From Blastocladiella emersonii ATCC 22665 (Eukaryota > Fungi > Blastocladiomycota), in NCBI GenBank assembly GCA_025594325.1, contig JANHCV010000012.1, positions 310,001-374,000 on the forward strand: a DNA stretch of 64,000 bases, written 5' to 3'. The notes under the pieces are model-generated. The model was not told where the DNA came from, made no database searches, and saw only the letters and a list, made by a program, of their open reading frames with translations. Shown one piece after another: positions 1-9,678 of the stretch (position 1 is its first letter; every line of letters begins with the position of its first letter). The position numbers and the translations under genes are program-made.

Positions 1-222
1 TCCCAGCAGAAAGTGGTTGGTGGACAGCGAGAGAAGAGGAGCACCCGCAGAGCCCGTGGCGGAAGGATTGAAGCCGACCAAGGGCGGCATCTCGGCCAGA
101 ATCTGCGAGACGAGGTCGTTCGTCGGGGCGTCCAGGCCGGTCAACGCCGGCGGGGCCGGAAGCTGCGGCTGCGAGCCCGGCGGCGGGCCTTGCACCGACT
201 GCGAGGTTTCATTCGATGCCAT
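1..222 (-). CDS. 5' part of a host hypothetical protein running off the window start
   Basis: ATG at 222 opens MASNETSQSVQGPPPGSQPQLPAPPALTGLDAPTNDLVSQILAEMPP..., stop-free to position 1; no recognisable domain. Confidence 0.3.
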   Translation of the reverse strand, partial: MASNETSQSVQGPPPGSQPQLPAPPALTGLDAPTNDLVSQILAEMPPLVGFNPSATGSAGAPLLSLSTNHFLLG

Positions 223-1560
223 GGTGTGTACAGTGTGCGAGGGAGGGAGTGGCGAAGGGCGCCGAGTCCCTGCGGCGAAGACCGCGGCGAAGACCGGGGC
301 GAGGTGGCGCTTTCGAGCATCATGTGAGTGGCGTCGCGCGACCCCAATCCGCCCTTTCTCCCCCGCTCCCCTCCCACTTGCAAATCTGCCATGTATCCCG
401 CGCTATGACTTCATGCATACTATTTTAAAGAGGATTGTCGCGGTGTTTACTACTTTCGAAACGCAGACCGTCGCGCCGTTCATGGGGGCGTTCTTGCGAT
501 TCCGCTGGGCGTCGGCCACTTGCACTCGATCGACGCCCGCGGAGCACGTTTTCATCATGTATTGCGGCTCCTGCACAGCAATTCCCTCGTGTTCGCCGGC
601 CTGCTTGACCCTCGCGCGTCGCGCGTGAGCGGGAACTTGACGCGGATTGCCTCATAGCACGCGGTTGGGGCATACTGCTCTTCGACGCGCTCAACATGCT
701 GCTCAGCCACCAGCGCTACTTTCACTTCCACTTCCACTTCCTCGCCTTTATGCAACGGCCGTAATCACAGGTGGCATCCATCGGTACACTGGGTTCGCGC
801 AAGCACGCTTGGGCGTCTCCTCAATCTCTGGCGCTGAATGCTGCTGGTGCTGGTGGTTAAGCTTGGCGACGGCTGCCACAAGCTCGAGCGCGCGCTTTGT
901 GAGCGGAGTAACCTGTGCGACAGACACGGCGTAAACGATGATCGCCTTGTTGCAGCGCGCAGTAGCATCGGTGAGGACTTGGTAGCGAGCTGCTCCGCCG
1001 TTACGGACCGCCAGGTCACCGCGATTATCGACGCGTGCGCCGCACGCGTCTTGGTACCGGCCACGGACGGCGCGCGGAACGTCGTCAAGCACGCCACGCT
1101 GCTTGCGGACGCCGACGCCACGGCCGCAATGTCTGTTTTGAAACCGTTACCATTCCCGCGTCAGTCAGGGGTCCGTTGAGCGCGTCGTGCTGCCCGCGCT
1201 CGCAATGAGGAGGAAGGCGATGGCGCCCGGTACATTGCGCGAGACGATGGAAGCGGCTCTCGCAGGGCCCAGGCGGCCGAGACTGTCCAGTAGTTTGCGC
1301 TCCGCCACCCTGGGTGGAGCGTTACTGAAAACGCGATCGCGTCGCGCACAAGGGCACAAGCGAGCAGGTCGTTGTCAGCGGGAGCATTGCATTGGCAAGT
1401 CAGCAAGTGGTTTGCTTGAGTACCGACGGGTTTGAGGCAGAAATGGATCAACGAATGGTGTCGTGTCCTTACTTCAAATCATTGTCCTTCCTCAACCTTC
1501 GCGAGCATGCGGTCTGGCAGAGTCATTGAGATGTATTTGTATCGACAGACAAAGCTGAGC

Positions 1561-3210
1561 TTACGCTTGCGCGTGGGAGCCAGAATCAGATTTGCCTCGT
1601 CCGCGGCCACCGCGGCGACGGCGCCGAGGCAGCTTCTCTTCCTGCGGATTCTGGGGCACCTGTTGCAGTGGCTGCCTGTTCTGGGCAACCGCCGCGGGCA
1701 GCGCGTTGACCTTTGCGATCCAAGCCTGCCGCTTGTGCCACTCGTTGATGCGGTTGCAAAGCTCCTCTAAATCGTCGTATTCATAAAACTTGAAGTACGT
1801 GACGTTGCTGCTCCGAGGTACTCCGTGAGAATAGAAAGGAAGGGCGATTTCCTCGCCGTCGGTGCTGAAGTACCCGCTGCATCGGCGCACGAGTTGCTGA
1901 TTGCCCGTCTTCCCAACGGCGACTTGCTTCCACAAGTACTTGGGCTGCATGAAGTGGAAGAGGACTGAGAGCCGGTGGTCCCATGCCGCGAGACCATTTA
2001 CCAAGTCGGCGCGAAGCCAAGCCTTCACCTGGTCGACCTGCTGCTTTTGGACCGCCTTGAGCGGGGCGGGAGACGTGTCATCGGTACCGATGAGAGCTTT
2101 GATTGCTTCGGTGGGGCGCGGCGGGACAGGCGGCAGCGCAAGTTTGGGGCGAAAGTCGGCGATGACAAGGTTGCAGAACGCCTCGAACGAAATTGTGATT
2201 TTGGGGGAGGTCGCAGGGATGACGGGGGTGAACTTCTTGAGCGGCACAATGAAAGGAATGTCGTAGTGCTCCGCGGGGATGACCCCGTCTTGGACGAGCG
2301 ACTCTTGGACCGCGGGAAGTGCAGCAAGCATATTGAACGGACGCTCCAGGTCGAGTTCCGGTCCGAGGCGACGATTGACCTCCTCGGTCATTTCCTGGTG
2401 AACCTGCTTTGTGTTCCAAGTCGGGCGGGACGGTCGCTTGGCCTTGACGCCAGGCACACGGTCAGCCAGGTACCAATACAATTCATGTTGATGCTTGTGC
2501 TCCTCGGCTTTGGTCATTGCAGCGGCAATCTCAAACACGTATCTGTCACAGTTGCGCATCGCAGCCTCGGTCGCGATGTGAAAGTAATCGATGGCCAGCT
2601 CGCTGTAAAACAGCTCGCACCCAGCAGGGTGGTAAAGCGGCTCGGTCGGCGGGGACTGGCATTTGGCAGCGACAGCGGCCGCGTGGATACGAGTGTCGGG
2701 GACACGTTTAAGGTCGGAAGCAAGAGCAGCGTCGCAAACGCAACGAAAAACGAGCTCGACACGCTCCTGCGAATCGAGAAGATGGGCAAGGTCGCGAACG
2801 CCATAGAGGCGCTGGTACTGATCGAAGATGGCGTGCGCCTTGGCGCGACACTGCTGTCCGGCATCGTGTAGTTTGCGGAACGCATTCATGAGCTTGGCTC
2901 GAGTTGTATAGCGAGCATCAAGTCCGGGGAGCACGGTGTCGCGAAACACATCGTTGAAGGGGAACGACTCCCACTCGTCCACGCTCGTATCAACTCGCCG
3001 GTTATCACCAAGCAAAGGGCGGACTTTGGTTCCAATCGGCGCAGCAGTCAGGTTCGAAAGTAGCGACTTTGGCGGCGCGGCGGGCCCGTCATGAGCGCGG
3101 CGAGAGCCACCACCGCCTCCGCGGCCGCGCCCTCGACCTCTGCCGCGACCGCGCTCGGCTCCGCGTTGCATAGTGTTATTCATGCGTTCCATTGGTTGAT
3201 ACGATGGCAC
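1561..3210 (-). CDS. Host hypothetical protein (549 aa) with RG-rich ends
   Basis: Long ORF; GRGRGRGRGRGGGGG near N-terminus, globular-looking middle, RRRRRGGRGRG near C-terminus. Confidence 0.6.
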   Translation of the reverse strand: MPSYQPMERMNNTMQRGAERGRGRGRGRGRGGGGGSRRAHDGPAAPPKSLLSNLTAAPIGTKVRPLLGDNRRVDTSVDEWESFPFNDVFRDTVLPGLDARYTTRAKLMNAFRKLHDAGQQCRAKAHAIFDQYQRLYGVRDLAHLLDSQERVELVFRCVCDAALASDLKRVPDTRIHAAAVAAKCQSPPTEPLYHPAGCELFYSELAIDYFHIATEAAMRNCDRYVFEIAAAMTKAEEHKHQHELYWYLADRVPGVKAKRPSRPTWNTKQVHQEMTEEVNRRLGPELDLERPFNMLAALPAVQESLVQDGVIPAEHYDIPFIVPLKKFTPVIPATSPKITISFEAFCNLVIADFRPKLALPPVPPRPTEAIKALIGTDDTSPAPLKAVQKQQVDQVKAWLRADLVNGLAAWDHRLSVLFHFMQPKYLWKQVAVGKTGNQQLVRRCSGYFSTDGEEIALPFYSHGVPRSSNVTYFKFYEYDDLEELCNRINEWHKRQAWIAKVNALPAAVAQNRQPLQQVPQNPQEEKLPRRRRRGGRGRGKSDSGSHAQA

Positions 3211-3813
3211 AGTGGCACGTTGGATGAGCGCGTCAACAGCCGGCCGGAGGAGCGCAAGCGACCAGCCACACGATCGCCGACTGATCGATCACCTGACGCT
3301 CACATGATTTTTCGACGCGTCTCTCAACGCGTCTCTCGCTCGGCTCGCAGGTCGGCAAGCTCGCTGCCTCAAGTAGACACTTTGCGAAAAATTGGGTCCA
3401 TCCCAAATCTGAAAGCACCTGCAACTGGTCGGGCTGCGAACGCGTTGCGCCGAAATGCAAGGCCTGCGGCCTGCCACGCCTCTCAGCGGGTGTCACACTC
3501 GCGAACCCATGCGAAACGAGAGCCGAGCCTTTAGGCCTCGCTATCTCACGCCGGCTGAATGTTGCGAACGGCGAAATGTGCGGCGGGTCGCGGGTAAGCT
3601 CGCATGCTATTGGCGGCACAGGTCGCGCGAATTCGCCAGGCAGCTGCGTGTGCTTCCAGATTCTCAAGTGGGCCCAAGTTTGCGCAACATGTACAGTGCT
3701 TTCACATCAGGAAAGAGTATAATCAAGAAGAATTATCGATTGAACTTGCCGCAACGTGAAGTTGAGGCTCAATGACGTATCACAACAGTCGCCAGCACGT
3801 CAGCTTTGTGCAC

Positions 3814-4423
3814 TCAAGCAATATCTGTCGGCAGCGCGACCAGTGCCATCGTCGTCTCCTGGAGCCGGTCGATCTTAGTCGGACCGCGCGCGATATCGCC
3901 AAAAGCCGTGTCGCCCGCCTGGCGCGGAACGAACGTAAACTCGTACATGGTCGAGATCGCCGCTAGGTGCAGGTCGCCCCAACTAAGACCGAAAGCGAAG
4001 AGAAGCACAGCGAGTAGCGCGACAAACGAGGCCACGACCTCCCACACCTCGATCCCAATCACGGTCTGGACAAAAAGCTGCGATCCACTGGGCACCTTGT
4101 CCGTCGGCACGCCCTCCGTCTCCTCGAGCCAGCCGCCCGTGTTGGCCAGGTTGAGCAGCGTCTGGCTCCAGCCGTCGGTGCCGCTCAAGACGGCCCTTTT
4201 GTCGCCGGATGAAGAAAAGTAGGTGTTCTTGACGGTCAAAAGCGCGGTTAACCAGAAAAAAATGAGTCGCGTCTATCAATGCGATGCGCAACGCATTTGT
4301 CGCCGAGTCGAGTGTTACAATGGTCTTGGCCGCGAGCATTGAGTGGCTCGCCTTTGACGCAGTCCTCATCCCCGCTCTGCAGATGCGGCAGTCAGGCGAC
4401 GCGGGTTTTCTCATCACACGCAA
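3814..4423 (-). CDS. Possible spliced or degenerate membrane protein
   Basis: Hydrophobic segment VWEVVASFVALLAVLLFAFGLSW in 3814-4239; overlapping upstream frame suggests an intron or frameshift. Confidence 0.3.
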
Positions 4424-4499
4424 AGGACCTGTGCAACTGCAACGTCTCGCAATGAATGATCAAGAATACCAGAACCTCATGAGGTGAAATGGAAATCAT

Positions 4500-6703
4500 T
4501 CATTGCTCTTCGCCATCGTCATCGTCATCGCTCCCGTCCTCGCTCCACTCCACGTCGCGGAGAGCGGCAGGAACGAGCGTCTTCTTCCATGACGGGCTCG
4601 CGGCCGTAATTTTCAGCAGATCACGACATACCCATGTTGGGCAGACCGGGATCAACATCTCGAGAATGAGCTGTTTCGTTGGCATCGTCCATGCGCAGTG
4701 AGTCGGATCCGCCGCCTCAGCTGCAATCCGTGCCTGAAGCGCGTCGTCGCTCAAAAAACACGTCTGAAGCTTGAGGTAAGGATCAGCTAGCTGCGCCCGT
4801 CTCAGGGCCTTGGGGTACTTGTCAAGAATGGTAAAGAGGGCGAAATGCCACGGTGTCCAATGAGCCGAGTGGCGCTTAACAGAAATGCGGTCAAGCGAGG
4901 GGCCGCCCGGGCAGCGGTCGTGTTTGAGAAGCAGCACGTCAAGGTAATGGCGCGTCACAAAAAGGTCTCCCTTGCCGCCAATCTGGCACAGTGCGGCAGC
5001 ATGATGCACTGGGTCGTTGAGCACGTAAACGATCAAATCGGCAAAGTGGAGCGCGGCTTCGGTCTCGTAAAAGTCGGTGCTGCAGTAGACTTCGCGAAAG
5101 AGCTCGGAAAATAGCTTGGCCGGGTCGTGCGAGTACGGCGGGCTGATCAGTGCCTGCGCGATGGTTGGGAAGTTGCCAAAAAAATCGTCGACAGTGTTCG
5201 TGTCCCAATCATACACCTGATCGAGTCGAATGTCCAACTCGATTGCAATCGAGAACGCGAATACAATCGGTGAGGTCGCGAGTGTCCCAAAGTACTATTG
5301 CGAGAGGGTAATGGGTTAGTAAAATGACATGGCGTGAGGGAGCAATGACGGGTGAACGCACTTTGATCGAGATCGACGAACTTGTTCAGTTGGTCTCGAG
5401 GGATGACCTCCTTGGCCAAGTCAAACATGGTGCGGTCACACCGACGGAACGCACGTTCAACCTGCCGAGACAGGAGAACGTGTTTACCAATGCCAACCTC
5501 GATGAGACGGCGCATCTGGTCGCTGGTCAGGTCACGTTCTTCAAAGATTTCGGCAAGTTCCTCCTCAAATCGAAAGATCTCTTCAGCGTGTCTCGAGTGG
5601 TCGATGAGAACGCGATCAATTGGGATTTCGGGATTGAGTCCACTTGTGCTGCCAAGCGACTCGTGAACCGCAGCGATCAGCTCCGGATCCTCGCGAGCGA
5701 GAACAAGCTCGGCGTAGAAGTAAAAGTCGCGGTGGTCCAACCTCCACCCGTGAGCGTAGAGCCAGCGAAACTGTGAGAGGATCATGTCGCTGCGTAGATA
5801 AGCCATTTCGAGGTAGGTGAGAAGAAGATTGATACCATGATTGCTTGACACAGCATCGATCGCGGTGTTGACATCAAATCCGAATGGCAGCTGCTGGAGT
5901 CGTTCGAACAAGGTAAATTCCCACTGGAACAAGGCGCGTGTCGCGAGATACGCGACGAGGCCAATGGTGGGAAGCTGCTGAGCTGCCTTACACATCCGTG
6001 ACCACGCGCATAGTCCAGTTGAAACGTCCTTATACCACTTAGTGCTGCCCCATTCGCAGTTCAAGCGGTAGAGATCGAAGGTACGGCACGTCCAGGGAGC
6101 GCATGCCGGCAAAGCCGTCTGAAAGAGCGAGATAAGTCGCTCTACTAGGTCAAGCTCGCCTACCAGCACGAGAAAAGTGATAATTTGAAAGAATACGATG
6201 AGCGGGTGCCAAGAGTTGGGGCCAGAAGGGGCATCAGCGACGGCGTCGACCAGGGTCGCGACATAGGACGACCAACTGACACCCAACTCGGTCAGATTGT
6301 GATTCTGTGCGTCGCGCTGTACAGCTTGCACAAGGTGTTCGAGAAGGATCCATGACAACGGGAGGGCGGGCCGTGAAGCAAACTCACCCCGCGTAGCAGC
6401 TGCGCGGGCAGCGCGGTCAACGGAAAGCAGTTGGTCGAGGTAGACGCTCAGGTGGGTCTGGACGGGGGCGGTCGGCTGAGCCCGCCCAGGTCGCAAACCG
6501 GAAGCTCGGTTAGCTCGGACGATTATGCAGCGGAGCCAAGTGTAGTGCATTCGGCCGGACGTGGCAAGCGTGTGAATCGCGCGCGACGACGCAGCGAGGG
6601 TAGGCCGTGGGCCAGCAAGCGCCACCACGCGCTCGAGCACGTCGAAAGGGGGATCCATTTGGTTCATTGCATGAAGTGCAGTCGCTTCATCAGCTACATT
6701 CAT
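4500..6703 (-). CDS. Host F-box-like N-terminus hypothetical protein, probably spliced
   Basis: ATG 6703; PPFDVLERVVALAGP resembles an F-box start; GTGCGT...TACTAAC...TAG intron signal near 5298-5361; downstream frame 4500-5237. Exon joins not fully resolved. Confidence 0.55.
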
Positions 6704-6859
6704 TGAGCGGGATGGGGAGAAACCTCTCGTTTGCGCGTGCGAACTCGACGAGAAGTGGCAGCGCAGCAGCCGACCAGGTGACCGGCCGAAGCGCTCTCGC
6801 TCTCCCAAGGCCTCCTCCCACGGCGACCGTGAACTCTGAATCGAATGAAACTTGCTGCA

Positions 6860-8079
6860 ACAATGGCTTGGAGGAGCCTACTTGCGAAATTACCGTTCCC
6901 TACAGCGTCGTCAAGTTGATCCTTGAACGCACCGTCCGCTTGCATGACCCGCACGACGCACCCGGCCTTCTCGGGTACTTGCGCGTTTTGCCTCGCGCCC
7001 ACGCCCCCAGCGTATACAAGGCGGTGCTTCAGCGCGCTACCAACTTGACCGTGGTTGTGGCGAGCGAGCACGGACGTCTTGTTGTGCTTAAAGAATGGAG
7101 GCGTTCCAGCCTCCCGCTCGTCTACTCTGAACTAGCCTTCTCGCTTGCGTGGGGGCCAACTCTCATTACCACATCATGGAGTGGTGGCGCAGCTCTGGCC
7201 TGGAGCTAAAACTAGACAGCCGGCTTCCGAGCGCTGCCCGTATATTCCTCGATGTCGCGCCAAAGTATCCGGCCTCGATGCATCGCGAGTTTCGCGGATA
7301 CGCTCTCGCAGCAGACGCTGACGTGTACCTCGCAGAGCACTTTGACGAGCTTGCATTCGGCAAAGGGACTGTGCTTCAGCTTGGTTCGATGCGGCTCACT
7401 TGCGCTGGTGCCAGGCTTCTCTCGGACATTCTTGCGCACCCTGGCTGCGCCCTGACCACCATTATCCTAAGCGAGTGCGCTGTCACCTTGCCCCATCCAG
7501 CCTCCCGACTCGGTGCGTATTTTGGAGCTCATTCGCAATCCTCTTGACTACGAGAGCGACAAGGTCTTCACCACCTCATGGCTGCCTCGAGCACTCAGCG
7601 AGCTGTCACTCAAGGGCAATGCCTACGGGACAGGGGATCGAACAGTCGAGCTTCAGCCCTTTCCCGCGACTTTGCGCAAATTGCGCATTATCAAAGCCAC
7701 GCTCTCGCTTAAAACTGCACTTTCCCTGATTGACCCGCTCCCAGCGCAACTAGAGACACTTTCCATTATGGAGTCGCAACTTCCAAGCGAGGCGGTGCAT
7801 GTATTTGCGGAGCGGCTCTCCACGCTACGATTGCAATGTCTCTTTCTCGCCCGATGGAAACGGTCCGATATTGATGCAATTGTGCCGCATCTCCCCGAGA
7901 GTCTTGATCGGCTCTGGCTCGCCTGGTGTGAGCTCGATGATGCGTCTTCCGTCCCAGCATTTGCGACGAGCCTCTCACGCGGGTTGCGCACCCTGATCTT
8001 GTTTGGAGCCACGATCGAGGACTCCAACGCAGCCGATTTCGGTCGAGCGTTCCCCGATCGCTTAGGACCCTTAAACTGA
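6860..8079 (+). pseudogene. RNI-like LRR family gene with two frameshifts
   Basis: Frames 6607-7209, 7149-7547 and 7513-8079 join into a paralogue of 29469-31027 (AW..HYHIMEWWRSSGLELKL, LPAQLETLSI repeats); shifts near 7150 (G5 run) and 7490. Confidence 0.65.
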
Positions 8080-8832
8080 AACCCCAAAAGTGAACGGTTC
8101 CTACGGAGCCATGAGACTGACCAAAGGATCCCCTTCCTTTTGCTATTGCTTATATTTTCTCCGTGCCGAATTTAGGGCTGAAAGTACACTCTATTCATTT
8201 TTGTTTTACTCTTTAGGGTCGGCGGGCGGTGGAATCGCGGGCATAAGCGTCGCCCACGGCCAACGTGCCCCGCTGCGAAGCGCGTTTATCATGCGTTTCG
8301 CGTTGATCCCTTCTTGTCAAGCCTTGTCGCCAGGCTAGTTCAACGGCTGGTCAACCAACTTCGGGCGAGGCTTACTTTTGAAATCATTAGACTGCGCCGA
8401 AAGCGTCGCAGTATTGCGCGGCGATCAAGGTGTAAGACCCCGCGCTGTGCCAAACTCGCGCGGGCACACGCGCGACTGTGTGGCGCCGCCACACGCGCGA
8501 CGCGTTGCGCCACACTGACGCAATGAAGAGGCTGGCATGAAAAGCTCATGTAATTCATATCATAATAGACCGTCAAGAGCGACTTAAATCGTGGCCAGAG
8601 GACCGCGTGCCTGCATACGTCTCCGACCTGAGAGTCATCGGCGCGAGTTGCTTGATCGCGAAGATGCCCGCGTCATACGAGATGTTCTCGTAAGCGAGCA
8701 TCAGCTGTGCGAGCCAGCTCGCATCGACGGCTGCATCATCAAAACCTTCGTCCGGGAACAGTCTGAGGATTTCAAGCGGAAGCCGGCCGCGGCTGTGCGA
8801 AAGAATTTGGACGACGCCGGCCAGGTCGGTAT

Positions 8833-8858
8833 TGCCGTATCCCTATAGGGATACGGCA
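8833..8858. repeat. Left terminal perfect palindrome TGCCGTATCCCTATAGGGATACGGCA
   Basis: 26-bp self-complementary sequence at the outer edge of the TIR. Confidence 0.95.
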
Positions 8859-9603
8859 CGCGGCTGCCCTTAGGGACTTCGCCATCGAGTCGCGATTCAC
8901 CCGGGGCTCCCAATTGAATTCCCGTTGCTTACCCCGAGTGACACGTCTCATTGCTTACCCCAAGTGAATGAATCCCCGTTGCTTACCCCAAGTGAATGCT
9001 ATGAGTCATGCCGAAATCCTTAGGGATTTCGCCACCCGGACCGGAGGCCGAAGGCCGAAGCAGGTGGGCGGGCGGGCGGCGGCGGGCGGGTCACGTGGAT
9101 CACGTGCACATGAACGGCGCGGCGACGCGACCACGGAGTCACTCTACGACTTGGTCGGCGACTTGGTCGCGGCAATAGGCCCTTGAAGGCTCTCGGAATA
9201 ATTCCACGAGAGGTCGGCGACTGGTCCAAGAACGCGAGCGGCGACCCAGGTCGGCGACCAGCCCCGGATGGCTCATCGTGGCCACCACCTTTGAACCGTT
9301 CGCCGTAAGCCATAGACGGGACTGGACGGGACTGTCCATTGAAAACTCGCTCGGGCTAAGCAGTGGACGTCAGGACGTCACTAAGGGGGTGTTTTGAAAA
9401 GTTAGCAGGGAAAGGGGGGGGAAGTGACCACTCGAGTGACAACTTCCCCCCCCTTTCGAGTCTGGAGAGGTCAAAGACCCCCTTCAGTCCCGTCCAGTCC
9501 CGTCCATGGCTTACCCCGAGCGAGTTTCAATGGACAGTCCCGTCCAGTCCCGTCCATGGCTTACGGCGAACGGTTTGATGGAGCGGGCGGGGACGGCGGG
9601 TCC
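8833..9603 (+). repeat. Left terminal inverted repeat
   Basis: Reverse complement of 24711-25428; an identical 97-aa spurious ORF appears at 9020-9313(-) and 25002-25295(+); the match ends at GGCGGGTCC. Confidence 0.95.
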
Positions 9604-9678
9604 AGGCCAGGCTCCTGTGAACGGTCGCTGCGAGTACAGAAAGGTCAAAGTTGTATTACAAGGCAGTCGTAGGAGTCG

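Noticed and set aside
8868-9030. TTAGGG hexamers in the TIR as telomeric repeats
   Set aside because: Only isolated single copies, not a tandem tract.
9020-9313. 97-aa ORF duplicated in both TIRs
   Set aside because: Low-complexity translation of structured repeat DNA; used only as TIR evidence.
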